Positions 29,521 through 41,019 are shown, numbered from the stretch's first letter. The stretch: DNA of 64,000 nucleotides from Candidatus Latescibacterota bacterium (GCA_963667175.2 CAXXXF010000007.1:128001-192000); one strand, 5' to 3'. The notes: generated by a model from the letters alone, not told the origin. Numbers and translations are program-made.

Positions 29521-32073
29521 ATGAAAAGAGAAAACGTCCGAATCCTGATTATCCTCGCGTCCATCCTGCTGGCCCTGTACTACCTCTTTCCGACGTACCG
29601 GTATTATTTCGACCCGCCGGCGGACCCTGATCGAATTGAAGCCGTCAAACGGGAAGCCGTCAACCTGGGCCTGGACCTCCAGGGCGGAATCCATCTGGTT
29701 CTCGAAGTGGACCCCACCGGTCTTTCCGAAGACGAACGGACGGACGTTGTGGACCGCGTCAAGGAAATCATCACCAACCGGGTCGATCAGTTCGGCGTGG
29801 CCGAACCCATTATCCATAGAGAGGGCGAGTGGCGTATCGTGGTCGAACTTCCCGGCGTACAGGACGTGGAGCGTGCCAAGAACCTCATACAGACGCAGGC
29901 GCGCCTCGAATTCAAGATCCTCGCGCCGGTACCCGACCGCTTCGGCGTACTCGACAAAATCGAAACGCGCCTGGCCGCGCGCGCCGGGGAAGACACCGCG
30001 AGAAAGGACGCGGCCGGCCTCTTTGAAGAGGACGCCGTGGATGAAAAACCCTCAATCAAACGGTACGTGCTCTCGCTCGGCGAAGATCTGATCGTTCCCG
30101 CCGACAGGATACAGACGGTAAAGGCACTCCTGTTTGAAGATCCGGAAATCGTGGAACTCATCCCCGGCGATACCCAGTTCCTGTGGGGAAATGAAGTGGA
30201 GGAACTCGGAGACGGCCAGAAGTACCGCCGGCTCTATTATCTGTATAAACGCATTGAAATGACCGGCGAAATCGTCCAGGATGCCAAGGTCACAAAGGGT
30301 CAGAGTTTTGAAAACGCGGGTCAGCCCATTATCAACTTTACCACAACGAACGACGGCATCAAGCTCTTCTCCCGTGTGACCGGGGCCCACCTCGAAGAAC
30401 GCATGGCCATCATTCTCGACGACCAGGTCTACTCGGCGCCCACCATTCGCGCAAAAATCCGGGATGGGCGGTCCATTATCGAAGGCAGCGGCGACCTGGA
30501 AGAGGCAAAGGACCTGGCTATCGTGCTGCGGGCAGGGGCCCTGCCGGCCAACGCGCCGATTGTGGAAGACCGGACGGTTGGTCCTTCGCTGGGAAGGGAC
30601 TCCATCGAGCAGGGACGGAAAGCCGCGCTGATCGGCCTGGCCATTGTCATGGTATTTATGATTCTCTACTACGGCCTCTCCGGGCTCGTGGCCAATTTTG
30701 CGCTATTCCTGAACCTCGTGTTTGTGATGGCCATCCTGGCCGGCTTCGGCGGCACGCTCACCCTTCCCGGAATCGCCGGGATTATCCTCACGATCGGTAT
30801 GGCCGTGGACGCCAACGTGCTCATTTTCGAGCGCATTCGCGAGGAACTGCGCAACGGCAAGACCCTTCGCGTCGCTGTCGAAGACGGGTACGGCCGGGCG
30901 CTGCTTACGATTGTCGACGCCAATATCACCACGGTCATTACCGCGGTCGTGCTTTACCAGTTTGGAACGGGTCCGATCCGGGGCTTCGCGCTGACGCTTA
31001 TGGTCGGTATCCTCTGCAGCATGTACACCGCGCTGTTCGTCACACGGACCCTTTTCAATATCGCGATCAATCGCTGGCAACTCAGCTCCATCAGCATCGG
31101 CAGACTGACCATATTCCGCCGACCGTCATTCGACTTCCTCAGTCTGCGCAAGCCCGCGTTCGTGCTATCGGCGTTTGTTATCCTGATCGGTCTGGGTTCC
31201 ACAATTACCAGGGGTGGCTACAACCTCGGCATCGACTTCGCGGGAGGCACGCTGCTTGAGTTGCACTTTGATCCTCCGGTGCAAGTCGCCAGCCTTCGGG
31301 ATGCCCTTGAAGACGTCGACGTGAAGGGGGAAAAACGGGACCTGAGACACAGCGAAATCAAGGTTTTCGGACCTGCTTCCGATATTCTGATTCGGGTTGA
31401 AGAAGAAGCGGAAGGGACAGTCACGGCGGACGCCATAAAGAACACGCTCAAGGCGCAATTCGCGTCCAGCATTCCGGATCCCGCGCAGTGGCTGAGGCGC
31501 CAGGAGGCCGTTGGGCCCAAGATTGGCAGCGAACTCAAGCAGAACGCGGTCAACGCGATTCTCGTCTCTCTGGTTCTGATTGTGCTCTACATCTGGTGGC
31601 GCTTCAAGCAGATTCAGTTCGGTATCGCCGCCGTCGTGGCTCTGTTCCACGACGTGCTGATCACGTTGGGCGTATTTTCCCTGATGGACAAGGAGATCTC
31701 TCTTGCCATCGTGGCTGCGCTGCTCACGATCGTCGGTTATTCGTTGAACGACACCATCGTGGTGTACGACCGTATTCGCGAAAATCGAAAGCTTTACCGG
31801 CGAGACAGTGCGGCAGAGGTCATCAACCGGAGCATCAACGAGAGCCTCAATCGTACCGTTCTCACCTCCGGCACAACGTTGCTCGTTGTCCTGGGCCTGC
31901 TGCTCCTCGGCGGGGAGGTCATTCGCGATTTTGCGTTTGCACTGATGATCGGGGTGATCGTAGGGACCTATTCCTCGTCGTTCGTGGCCAGTCCTCTCGT
32001 GCTGGTCTGGCAGAATGCGGCGGACCGCCGCAAGGAGGCGGCAGCCGCGACCGCCCGCCGCGCGCGCGCGTAA
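29521..32073 (+). CDS. secDF: Fused protein translocase subunit SecDF
   Basis: LGLDLQGG, VGPSLG, GMAVDANVLIFERIREE, GIDFAGG, GYSLNDTIVVYDRIRE. Confidence 0.97.
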   Translation: MKRENVRILIILASILLALYYLFPTYRYYFDPPADPDRIEAVKREAVNLGLDLQGGIHLVLEVDPTGLSEDERTDVVDRVKEIITNRVDQFGVAEPIIHREGEWRIVVELPGVQDVERAKNLIQTQARLEFKILAPVPDRFGVLDKIETRLAARAGEDTARKDAAGLFEEDAVDEKPSIKRYVLSLGEDLIVPADRIQTVKALLFEDPEIVELIPGDTQFLWGNEVEELGDGQKYRRLYYLYKRIEMTGEIVQDAKVTKGQSFENAGQPIINFTTTNDGIKLFSRVTGAHLEERMAIILDDQVYSAPTIRAKIRDGRSIIEGSGDLEEAKDLAIVLRAGALPANAPIVEDRTVGPSLGRDSIEQGRKAALIGLAIVMVFMILYYGLSGLVANFALFLNLVFVMAILAGFGGTLTLPGIAGIILTIGMAVDANVLIFERIREELRNGKTLRVAVEDGYGRALLTIVDANITTVITAVVLYQFGTGPIRGFALTLMVGILCSMYTALFVTRTLFNIAINRWQLSSISIGRLTIFRRPSFDFLSLRKPAFVLSAFVILIGLGSTITRGGYNLGIDFAGGTLLELHFDPPVQVASLRDALEDVDVKGEKRDLRHSEIKVFGPASDILIRVEEEAEGTVTADAIKNTLKAQFASSIPDPAQWLRRQEAVGPKIGSELKQNAVNAILVSLVLIVLYIWWRFKQIQFGIAAVVALFHDVLITLGVFSLMDKEISLAIVAALLTIVGYSLNDTIVVYDRIRENRKLYRRDSAAEVINRSINESLNRTVLTSGTTLLVVLGLLLLGGEVIRDFAFALMIGVIVGTYSSSFVASPLVLVWQNAADRRKEAAAATARRARA

Positions 32074-32093
32074 CACGGCAACCCGAATGCCAC

Positions 32094-32126
32094 AAAGAGC
32101 TCGGCGAGAATACCGCCGGGCTCTTT
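32094..32126. terminator. Bidirectional terminator between secDF and PBP1A
   Basis: AAAGAGCTCGGCG-loop-CGCCGGGCTCTTT between convergent genes. Confidence 0.7.
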
Positions 32127-32171
32127 CTATTTGTCCGCGACCGGTTTGACCGGTCAGTGCGGAAAGGGGCG

Positions 32172-34322
32172 CTAAAACTGATACGCCCGTTTCGCGTTCT
32201 CCCGATCCTGTTTCCGGAGGTCGGGCTGCCGGACGACAGCCGCCGTATGGTCCGGACAGGGAGACGTCGGTTCGGCGCCGGGCACGAAGACTTCCTCGAA
32301 TCGCGTCGGGCAGTAAATGGACGCCACGTCAAATGTATCGCCGCATACCTCAAGTTGGGCGACGCCCGGCGGCAGCGCGAAATCTTCCTCGGGTAAATTG
32401 AGTGCGCGATGTACTTTCTTCATGAATTTCGCCCACACCGGCAACGCCACGACCGCGCCTGACATCCTGCTTCCGAGAGAAACCCGATAATCGTCGAAGC
32501 CAATCCACACGCCGGCCACGATCTGCGGCGTAAAGCCCACAAACCACGTGTCCGCGAAATTCTGTGTGGTACCCGTCTTTCCGGCTGCCGGCCGCCTGAA
32601 CCCGTAGTATGATCGAGCGCCTGTACCCGTACCGCGCCAGGTACCCTTTGGCGTCCGCTTGTACATATCCATGACGGACCGGAGCAGGCTCGTTGCAACA
32701 GCCGCCGCCTCCGCACTGAGCGCCTCGTGCTCTTTGCCCTGAACCCGGCTTTCGACAACGTTGCCATCCTTGTCCGCGATCTTCAAGATGGCGACCGGTT
32801 CCACCAGGATGCCGCCGTTGGGCAACGTCCCGTATGCCGCTACGAGGTCGATCAATTTCACTTCACTGGTGCCCATGCCCAGGGACTTCACCGCCCGGAT
32901 TTCGCTGCTGATCCCCATCCGGTTCGCCAGCCGCACCGCGGTCCGCGGTCCGACGTCTTCCAGAATTTTCGTGGTCACCACGTTCCGGGACATGGCGAGA
33001 GCCTCCCGCATGGTCATCCAGCCCAAGAACTTCCGATCGTAGTTCTGAGGCCGCCACAAGCTGCCGTCATACATCTCCACGGTGACGGCCGTATCCGGAT
33101 AACGGCGCGTGGGTGGGATCTTCTGTGCGATTGCCGACGCGTAGATGATCGGCTTGAATGCCGATCCGGGCTGGCGCAGCGCCTGAACGGCCCGGTTGAA
33201 CTTCGTCTTGGTGAAGTCGCGGCCGCCTACCATCGCCAGAATGTGTCCCGTACGGGGATCCAGCGCGACCAGCGCTCCCTGTAGCACCGTCGCCCTCAAC
33301 GTGTCTTCCCGGGTTCTGATACCAGACCAGAACGCCTTATCCGGCCGGCTCCACCGTTTTTTCGCATCCACCCGTTTCTGTGTCGCATTCAGGTGGCTCA
33401 GCAGGGTCTCCTCGGCAATGGACTGGATTCGACTGTCCACCGTCGTATGCACCGACGCGCCGTCCTTGTACAGGAGATTCCAGCCGTAACTGTTCTCCAG
33501 GTATCGACGAATGTACTCCGTGAAATACGGCGCTTCGCCGATCTCTTCATCGGCGGTATCCTTCAAGACAATGGGCAACCGCGTGGCGGACAGGTATTGG
33601 TCCTGAGTGATTCTGCCCGTGTTTCGCATCAGACGAAGTACGAGGTCGCGACGATCTATAGCGCGTTGTGGATGGTTGATCGGTGAATAGAAGTAGGGTC
33701 CCCTGAGCAGTCCGACCAGCAGTGCTGACTCGTCCAGCGTCAGTTCCGACGCGTCCTTGCCGAAGAACCGCTCCGCGGCGGATTGAAGGCCGTACGCGCC
33801 GTTGCCGAACAGGACCTTGTTGAAATAGATCTCGATGATTTCCCGTTTCGTGTACGTCCGTTCGAGCAGCACCGCCGTCAGTTGCTCCTTTACCTTCCGC
33901 GTCCACGTCTGTTTCTGATCCAGAAACAGATTCCGGGCGAGTTGCTGCGTAACCGTGCTGGCGCCGTGGCCCTTCAGACTGCCTTCCTGCGTCAGATTGC
34001 GCAATACGGCGCGAAAGATATCGGGCAGGCTCACGCCCCAGTGCCGCCAGAAGAGTTGATCCTCCGTCGCGGTCAGCGCCCAGATTGCGGTGTCGGGAAT
34101 CCGGTCGTACGTGATCGGCACCCGATTCTCGACCCAGAACCGCTTCAGCACCGCTCCGTCGGCGGAAATGATGCTCGTGGTCCGCGCGGGTTCCACCTCC
34201 TCCAGCTGCGCAAACGACGGCAACTCGTCCTTGAATCGCAGCACCACCCCTCCCGCCACGCCCGCGTATACCAGCACACAGACACCGCAATAGAGCAGGA
34301 TGCGTCGCACGTAGAATTTCAT
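32172..34322 (-). CDS. Class A penicillin-binding protein (PBP1A family)
   Basis: N-terminal TM; EDQLF, GASTVTQQLARN; SAFK, SRN and KTG motifs. Confidence 0.95.
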   Translation of the reverse strand: MKFYVRRILLYCGVCVLVYAGVAGGVVLRFKDELPSFAQLEEVEPARTTSIISADGAVLKRFWVENRVPITYDRIPDTAIWALTATEDQLFWRHWGVSLPDIFRAVLRNLTQEGSLKGHGASTVTQQLARNLFLDQKQTWTRKVKEQLTAVLLERTYTKREIIEIYFNKVLFGNGAYGLQSAAERFFGKDASELTLDESALLVGLLRGPYFYSPINHPQRAIDRRDLVLRLMRNTGRITQDQYLSATRLPIVLKDTADEEIGEAPYFTEYIRRYLENSYGWNLLYKDGASVHTTVDSRIQSIAEETLLSHLNATQKRVDAKKRWSRPDKAFWSGIRTREDTLRATVLQGALVALDPRTGHILAMVGGRDFTKTKFNRAVQALRQPGSAFKPIIYASAIAQKIPPTRRYPDTAVTVEMYDGSLWRPQNYDRKFLGWMTMREALAMSRNVVTTKILEDVGPRTAVRLANRMGISSEIRAVKSLGMGTSEVKLIDLVAAYGTLPNGGILVEPVAILKIADKDGNVVESRVQGKEHEALSAEAAAVATSLLRSVMDMYKRTPKGTWRGTGTGARSYYGFRRPAAGKTGTTQNFADTWFVGFTPQIVAGVWIGFDDYRVSLGSRMSGAVVALPVWAKFMKKVHRALNLPEEDFALPPGVAQLEVCGDTFDVASIYCPTRFEEVFVPGAEPTSPCPDHTAAVVRQPDLRKQDRENAKRAYQF

Positions 34323-34448
34323 CACGTTGCAGACTTCCAATCTGAATCAGGCCCGGGGCTCAGCCGACGTCCCGTATTTCCGGAGGAGCGCCGGGAATTT
34401 CGCATCAGGTTACTTCCTGCAGTCCGATCGTACCCGAAGACGAGCATT

Positions 34449-37154
34449 TCAGGACGTCACCGCTTCGAGGTTCTCGTTCAACCTGCCGAGCGCACTCCGG
34501 TACTGTGCGTGGCGTCCCTTCTCCTTTGTGACTACCTCGGCGGGCGCATTGTTCAGAAAACCCGTGTTACTGAGCTTCCGATCCAGTCCGCCCAGCAGCG
34601 CCTCCATCTTTTCGATTTCCTTCTTCAAACGCTTACGCTCCAGATCGAGATCGATCAGCCCCTGCAACGGCACAAAGATCTCGACGTCCTTCAACACGGC
34701 GCTGGCAGAAGCCGGCGGCCGGACGATATCGGCGCCGATGCGAAGGTCCGCCACCCTGGCAAGCGCGCCAAGGTAGACCTCGAACCGGGTAAGGACGTTC
34801 GCAACCTCGACCGAATTCACTTTCAAATGGACGTCGGCGCGCCTGCCAGGCGGCACGCGCATCGTGCCACGAATATTCCTGATTGTACCCACCACCTTCC
34901 GCAATAGCGCCATCTCCCGTTCCGCCGTCTCGTCGAATCGTCTCCGGTCCGCCTCCGGCCACTTCGCGACAATCAGAGCTTCCCCGGAGTGGGGAAGTTG
35001 CTGCCACAGTGCCTCGGAGACAAACGGCGCCATCGGATGAAGCAGACGCAGGGCGCCCTCCAGTACGTGGACGAGCACGCGACGCGCGGTCGTTCCCGGT
35101 TCCGGGTCGACGTCATTCAGCCGCACCTTGGCGATTTCCAGGTACCAGTCACAATACGCGTTCCAGACGAACTCGTACAGGGTCCTGGATGCTTCGTCAA
35201 AGCGGTAGGCCTCGAGTGATCCGGTCACGGCGCACACCGTGTGGTTGTACTGGCTGAGTATCCAACGGTCCGCGGTATCGAACGGATCCACCTGCGGCGT
35301 CGCCGCCGAATGGACGTCGTCACGCTCCAGGTTCATCTGCACGAACCGCGCCGCGTTCCAGATCTTGTTGCAGAAATTCCTGCACGACTCCGTAATCGGA
35401 GAATCCTGCAGATGATTGTCGACGACGTCGGCGTCAAAACGGACGTCCTGCGAACTGCCGCACTGGTAAAGCAGCGAAAGACGCGTGGCGTCGGCGCCGT
35501 ACCGTTTGATCAACTCCCTGGGGTCGATTCCGGTACCCAGCGACTTGCTCATTCGTTTCCCGTCACGCGTCTGGACGGTCGGATGCACAAGTACGGTCCC
35601 AAAGGGAATCTCATCCACGAACTCCACGGCCGTCATGATCATTCTCGCCACCCAGAGGTAGAGAATATCCCTGCCGGTGATCATCAGGTCGGTCGGATGA
35701 AACGTCTTCAGGTCCTCGGCCTGATCGGGCCATCCCAGGGTGGCGAACGGCCACAGGGCCGACGAGAACCAGGTGTCCAGAACGTCCGGATCCTGCGCAA
35801 GGTCCCGGCTCCCGCAGGCATCGCAGCGATCGGGCGCATCCACTCGAACCAGCATTTTTCCGCACCCCTCGCAGGTCCACACGGGGATCCGGTGTCCCCA
35901 CCAGATCTGACGGGAGATGCACCAGTCCTGGATGTTTTCCAACCACTCAACGGAATACTCCCGAAACCGATCCGGTACGTATTTGATCTTACGCTTCTTC
36001 AAAGCGGGCAGCGCCTGATCCGCCAGGGACCTCATAGCCAGAAACCACTGGTCCATCGGCAGCGGCTCGATGGACGTGCCACACTTATCGTGGTGCGGGA
36101 CCATGTGTTCGTAATCCTCAATGCGTTCGAGCAGTCCCAATTCCTTCAGGTCGGCAATCACCGCGTTTCGGCATGCAAAGCGGTCCATGCCGCGATACGC
36201 CCCCGCCTCGCCGGTCATCTCTCCGTTGAATCCAATCACCTGGATCTCGGGCAACCCGTGCCGCAGCCCGATATCGTAGTCATTGGGGTCGTGCGCGGGC
36301 GTCACCTTAACGGCGCCGCTGCCCATCTCCGGGTCCGCGTACCGATCGGCCACGATGGGAATGGGGCGATCCATGATCGGCAACATGACGCGTTTGCCGA
36401 TCGCCCGCTGCCAGCGCCGGTCTTCCGGATGCACCGCCACGCCGGTGTCTCCCAGCATCGTCTCAGGTCGCGTCGTGGCGACGACCACGTCCGGCCCCCC
36501 CTCCAGACCCGGATAGCGAATATGCCACAGGTGTCCCTCGTGTTCCCGCTCCTCCACCTCCAGGTCCGATATGACCGTGCCGCAACTCGGGCACCAGTTT
36601 ACCATCCGCCTGCCTCGGTAGACCCATCCCCGTTCATGGAATCTCACAAAAGCCGACAGGACCGACCGGGCGTAGCTGCGGTCCATGGTATACCGTTCCC
36701 GGTCCCAATCGTAGCTGCATCCCATTTCCCGGAGCTGTTTGAGTATGGTTCCCCCGTATTGCTGTTTCCAGGCGACGATTCGTCCCAACATCGTCTCCCG
36801 GCCAATATCGTGGCGCCCTTTTCCTTCCTCCGCGAAAAGCTGCTGTTCCACCTTCATCTGGGTGGCAATTCCGGCGTGGTCGGTGCCGGGCAGGCAGAGC
36901 GTCCGATAGCCCTGCATGCGCTTCCAACGCACCACGGCGTCATGTATCGCATGCTGCAGCGCGTGCCCCATGTGTAGCTCTCCCGTGACGTTCGGCGGCG
37001 GAATTGTAATGGCATATGCCTTTCCGGCCGCCTGGAACTCCGGGCTGAAATAGCCCTTCTCTTCCCAGAAGGCGTACCAGGTTGCTTCCACCGACCCCGG
37101 ATCGTACTTTTTCTCGAGCACGGCCTGTTCTCCCGTACCGCCAATCCGCACCAC
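34449..37154 (-). CDS. valS: Valine--tRNA ligase
   Basis: PPPNVTGELHMGH, DWCISRQIWWGH, RMSKS, C-terminal coiled coil. Confidence 0.98.
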   Translation of the reverse strand: MVRIGGTGEQAVLEKKYDPGSVEATWYAFWEEKGYFSPEFQAAGKAYAITIPPPNVTGELHMGHALQHAIHDAVVRWKRMQGYRTLCLPGTDHAGIATQMKVEQQLFAEEGKGRHDIGRETMLGRIVAWKQQYGGTILKQLREMGCSYDWDRERYTMDRSYARSVLSAFVRFHERGWVYRGRRMVNWCPSCGTVISDLEVEEREHEGHLWHIRYPGLEGGPDVVVATTRPETMLGDTGVAVHPEDRRWQRAIGKRVMLPIMDRPIPIVADRYADPEMGSGAVKVTPAHDPNDYDIGLRHGLPEIQVIGFNGEMTGEAGAYRGMDRFACRNAVIADLKELGLLERIEDYEHMVPHHDKCGTSIEPLPMDQWFLAMRSLADQALPALKKRKIKYVPDRFREYSVEWLENIQDWCISRQIWWGHRIPVWTCEGCGKMLVRVDAPDRCDACGSRDLAQDPDVLDTWFSSALWPFATLGWPDQAEDLKTFHPTDLMITGRDILYLWVARMIMTAVEFVDEIPFGTVLVHPTVQTRDGKRMSKSLGTGIDPRELIKRYGADATRLSLLYQCGSSQDVRFDADVVDNHLQDSPITESCRNFCNKIWNAARFVQMNLERDDVHSAATPQVDPFDTADRWILSQYNHTVCAVTGSLEAYRFDEASRTLYEFVWNAYCDWYLEIAKVRLNDVDPEPGTTARRVLVHVLEGALRLLHPMAPFVSEALWQQLPHSGEALIVAKWPEADRRRFDETAEREMALLRKVVGTIRNIRGTMRVPPGRRADVHLKVNSVEVANVLTRFEVYLGALARVADLRIGADIVRPPASASAVLKDVEIFVPLQGLIDLDLERKRLKKEIEKMEALLGGLDRKLSNTGFLNNAPAEVVTKEKGRHAQYRSALGRLNENLEAVTS

Positions 37155-37214
37155 TTCAGGATAGACGGAAACTCAGATTGTTGTCTTCGTATGAGCCCGG
37201 TCGTCGTCCGGTCT

Positions 37215-37997
37215 TCAACTTCCGTAGGGCGCCGATGGCGACTCCGCAGCCAGCATGCGATTCAGAAAGTCCAGTGACTTGACCTGGCCCCGGTTCTCAA
37301 TATGGCGCCATAGAAAGCTGCGCAAGACGCGCCGCGCTTCGCTGACGTCGACCGACCGGAACCCCTTCTCTTCGACTCGGTCCGCACGCGCTGTCTGAAG
37401 TTGCTCAAGGAATTGAACGGTGGGCATCTTAACCCCGATTCCGCCGCGCTCGCAACGGCGGCAGACCGTGCCGCCCCTTCCTGCGTCGAAACAGACCCGG
37501 TCGCCGGATATCCCCCCGCCGCACTGGACGCATCCGCTCAAATGGGGACGATAACCCAGCGCAGCAGACGCCCTCAGTTGAAAATACCAGAGCGGCAACT
37601 CAACTGCGAATTCCTCGATCGTCTCCATCCATCGAAGCGCGTCCAGGGTAACGCTGCAGAGGAGAGAATTCGGATCTTCATCAGGTGTCAGGCGATCCAG
37701 GAGATCACACACCGCGCTTGCGTAGACAAGGCGCCTGTAATCTCCCTTAAGGCCTTCAAAAGCATGCAGAATATCGCCTTCGCTCAGCGTCTGCAGATCT
37801 CTGTTTGCGCGGCGATACAGGACATATGCTCCCCAGGTCAACGGCTCTACGCTTGCGCCGAACTTGCTCCTGGGACGCCGGGCGCCCCTGGCGACAACCC
37901 GTACCTTCCCGGTGGAACGGGTGTAGATGACCACCACTTTGCTGCTCTCGCTCATCCGATAACCGCGCAGAACCAGGCCCTCGGTCTTCGATATCAT
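37215..37997 (-). CDS. recO: DNA repair protein RecO
   Basis: KTEGLVLR..ESSKVV, ARGARRPRSKF, CxxC..CxxC. Confidence 0.93.
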   Translation of the reverse strand: MISKTEGLVLRGYRMSESSKVVVIYTRSTGKVRVVARGARRPRSKFGASVEPLTWGAYVLYRRANRDLQTLSEGDILHAFEGLKGDYRRLVYASAVCDLLDRLTPDEDPNSLLCSVTLDALRWMETIEEFAVELPLWYFQLRASAALGYRPHLSGCVQCGGGISGDRVCFDAGRGGTVCRRCERGGIGVKMPTVQFLEQLQTARADRVEEKGFRSVDVSEARRVLRSFLWRHIENRGQVKSLDFLNRMLAAESPSAPYGS

Positions 37998-38341
37998 CTT
38001 CGGGTGACCGCGGCCGGGTCGCGCGCTCCGGGATAAACCATATAGACCGTTTCGTTTTCCTTTACCATACCGTACCGCTCACGCGCGATTCTCTCAATGA
38101 TCGCCAGGTCGTTCTTCAATTTTTCGACTTCGGCCTCCAGTTGCCTGTTTTCCGCCTCCACGGTTTCAATCTCACCGCGCAAGGCCTCGATCTGCCGGGC
38201 CCGTTCCCGTATCTGCAGGTAGCCGCTGTCTCCCGCAAAAAACAAATACACGAACCACAGCGCCGGCAGCGCCCACAAAAATCGATACACCCTTCTGCGA
38301 GGCGCGTACAGAAATTCCCGTTTGCCTCGATAGAATTTCAT
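37994..38341 (-). CDS. ftsB: Septum formation initiator FtsB/DivIC
   Basis: TM helix, GDSGY, coiled coil, IERIARERYGMVKENE. Confidence 0.88.
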   Translation of the reverse strand: MKFYRGKREFLYAPRRRVYRFLWALPALWFVYLFFAGDSGYLQIRERARQIEALRGEIETVEAENRQLEAEVEKLKNDLAIIERIARERYGMVKENETVYMVYPGARDPAAVTRR

Positions 38342-38423
38342 TACGATGACCCCATTGGATGGTGGCAACGCCGAAGACTTCAAACTGGAGAAACAGGACG
38401 CCGAAAGCGCTGGCGAGGCCAGA

Positions 38424-39578
38424 CTAAAGCACCACCAGGTCGTCCCGGTGAACCACCTCTCCTCCCGTCTCCACGTCCAGAATCGAACCCGCCTCGCCGG
38501 TTGACATGCCCAATATACGCTGCACGTCTTCCGAACCGTACTTGACCACGCCGCGCGCCACCTCCAGCCGGCGCCGGTCTTCAACGGCAATCAACTCTCC
38601 GGCCTCAAAGACGCCGACCACCTCCAGGACACCCGAAGGCAGGAGGCTCTTTCCACGTTTCACGATTGCTTCTACAGCGCCGTCGTCCACAACCACGGCG
38701 CCGTTGCGACGAGAATTGGCAATCCAGGCCTTCCGGCCGGGCTGTCTCTTCCGCGCGGCAAGAAACAACGTGCCCGCCGGCGTCCCTGCGATGATCTGTT
38801 CCAATCCGATGCTGTGGCCGTTTGCGATGACGGCCAGCCGGCCCCCCCGCGTCACGCTCCGCGCCGCCTCCAGCTTTGAACGCATGCCGCCAAGGCTCAC
38901 CCCGCCGCCGGCTTTCCCCACTCTTTCGATCATATCGGGGCGGACCTCCTTAACCCGTGCAATGAGGCGCGCACGTGAGTTCCGGTCGGGATCTTCAGAG
39001 AAGAGTCCATCCACGTCGGTGAGAATAACGAGAAGGTCGGCGTCGACCAGATGCGTGACGAGCGCGGAAAGGCGATCGTTGTCGCCCACCGAAAGCTGGA
39101 GTTCCTCAACGGCCACGCTGTCGTTTTCGTTGAGAATCGGAACGGCGCCGAATCGAAACAACGAATCCAGCGTATTCCGCGCGTTGACGTAACGTCTCCG
39201 GTTGTCCAGGTCATCGGCCGTCAGCAGAACCTGCCCGACCGGAACGTCATGGGCTCGGAACGCGAGCTTGTACGCGTTCATCAGCAACCCCTGTCCAACC
39301 GCCGCCGTTGCCTGCAGCGCTGCCAGGCGACGCGGCCGTTCGACCAGGCCCAGCCGTCCCATGCCGGCCCCTACAGCGCCCGATGAGACGACGGCGACCT
39401 GAGTTCCCGTTCGGCGCAATTCCGCCACGTCAGCGGCCAGACGATTTATCAGCTGCAGATTCAGCGCGCGATCCTGCTGCGTCACCAGACGGGTCCCCAG
39501 CTTTACCACGACACGCCGGATACCCCGAAAGAGCTCCTTTCGCTCCGGACATGCCGCGCCATGCCCGAAATCGCCCAT
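38424..39578 (-). CDS. proB: Glutamate 5-kinase
   Basis: VVKLGT, VSSGA, PILNEND, GDNDRLSA, C-terminal PUA domain. Confidence 0.96.
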   Translation of the reverse strand: MGDFGHGAACPERKELFRGIRRVVVKLGTRLVTQQDRALNLQLINRLAADVAELRRTGTQVAVVSSGAVGAGMGRLGLVERPRRLAALQATAAVGQGLLMNAYKLAFRAHDVPVGQVLLTADDLDNRRRYVNARNTLDSLFRFGAVPILNENDSVAVEELQLSVGDNDRLSALVTHLVDADLLVILTDVDGLFSEDPDRNSRARLIARVKEVRPDMIERVGKAGGGVSLGGMRSKLEAARSVTRGGRLAVIANGHSIGLEQIIAGTPAGTLFLAARKRQPGRKAWIANSRRNGAVVVDDGAVEAIVKRGKSLLPSGVLEVVGVFEAGELIAVEDRRRLEVARGVVKYGSEDVQRILGMSTGEAGSILDVETGGEVVHRDDLVVL

Positions 39579-39631
39579 CGATCCATCCCCGGTTCGAAGC
39601 CTCTTACCTGGTCGCGCCTTGCAAGAATCCA

Positions 39632-40420
39632 TTACAGTTCCACCCTGACACGGCGCCGTACACACACGCCCCGCGTGGCCAGGTATGCTTTCACCTGGGG
39701 AATGCTATATTGCCGATAGTGAAAGATCGACGCCGCTAGAGCCGCGCTCGCCTTGCCCCGATGAAGCACCTGATACATGTGCTCCGGCCCGCCCGAACCC
39801 CCGGAAGCCACGATCGGCACGTCCACAAGCTCTGCCACCGCGCGGTTCAGCTCGACGTCGTACCCCTCCCTCGTGCCGTCGGCATCAATGCTGTTCAACA
39901 CGATCTCCCCCGCGCCCCTGTCGACCAGTTCCAGCGCCCATTCCAGGACATCCTTGCCCGTCGGCGTCCTGCCTCCGTTGATCACGACCTCCCATTCCGG
40001 CCGTTCGGACTTTCCCCCCCGGCGAACCGCGTCGATGGATCCCACGATCGCCTGCGTCCCGAATCGCTCCGCGCCGCGGGTAATCAACTCAGGTGTACGA
40101 ACAGCGGCCGAATTAATGGATGCCTTTTCGGCGCCGCCTTCGATGATTGTGCGGATATCATCAAAGGTCCGGACGCCGCCGCCCACCGTAAACGGGATAA
40201 ACACCTGTTCTGACACCTGGCGCACGAGATCGGCCACAATCTCCCGTTTCTCGGCCGACGCCGTAATGTCGTAAAGTACGAGTTCGTCAGCCCCTTCCTC
40301 GTCGTACCTGCGGGCCAGATCGACGGGGTCTCCGGCGTCCCGGTCCGCCGAAAATCTCACACCTCGGACATTTCGCCCGTTCTTGACGTCCAGACAGGGT
40401 ATGATGCGCTTTGCTAGCAT
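39632..40420 (-). CDS. hisF: Imidazole glycerol phosphate synthase cyclase subunit
   Basis: [31 protein letters not shown]. Confidence 0.96.
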   Translation of the reverse strand: MLAKRIIPCLDVKNGRNVRGVRFSADRDAGDPVDLARRYDEEGADELVLYDITASAEKREIVADLVRQVSEQVFIPFTVGGGVRTFDDIRTIIEGGAEKASINSAAVRTPELITRGAERFGTQAIVGSIDAVRRGGKSERPEWEVVINGGRTPTGKDVLEWALELVDRGAGEIVLNSIDADGTREGYDVELNRAVAELVDVPIVASGGSGGPEHMYQVLHRGKASAALAASIFHYRQYSIPQVKAYLATRGVCVRRRVRVEL

Positions 40421-41019
40421 ACCCGCTCCGCGAAATTCTTCAGGATAAGCAGTCCGAGGTCCTGGCTCTTCTCGGGGTGAAACTGGAGGCCGTAGGCGGC
40501 CCCGCGGCCCGCGACGGACGTATAGTCCAACGCGTAATCCGTTGTTGCCACACAATCGGATTCCAGGTCGGGATCAACATAGTACGAATGTACGAAATAG
40601 AAAAACGCATCGTCGGGAATGCCCTCGAGAAGTGGCGTCTGCCTCCGGATGCGAACCTGGTTCCACCCAATCTGGGGGACTCGCACACCGTCGGGAAACC
40701 GCCGTACCTTCCCCGGGAAAACGCCGAGTCCACGATGTCGCCCCATCTCATCGCTTTCGGAAAAAAGAAGCTGGAGACCGACGCAAATGCCCAGGAATGG
40801 CCGGCCGCTGTCGATCGAATCCAATAGGGGCTCGATCAGCCCGCCCGCCTTGAGATTCACCATCGCGTCTCCAAAGGCCCCGACCCCGGGCAAGACCACG
40901 CGGGCGGCGCTGTTCACGTCTTCCGGGCGGTCCGTAATCGACGCGGCGTGACCGACCCGCTCAAATCCCTTTTGCACGCTGCGCAGATTGCCCGCGCCAC
41001 AGTCTACAATCACGATCAT
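40414..41019 (-). CDS. hisH: Imidazole glycerol phosphate synthase glutaminase subunit
   Basis: [19 protein letters not shown]. Confidence 0.96.
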   Translation of the reverse strand: MIVIVDCGAGNLRSVQKGFERVGHAASITDRPEDVNSAARVVLPGVGAFGDAMVNLKAGGLIEPLLDSIDSGRPFLGICVGLQLLFSESDEMGRHRGLGVFPGKVRRFPDGVRVPQIGWNQVRIRRQTPLLEGIPDDAFFYFVHSYYVDPDLESDCVATTDYALDYTSVAGRGAAYGLQFHPEKSQDLGLLILKNFAERVC

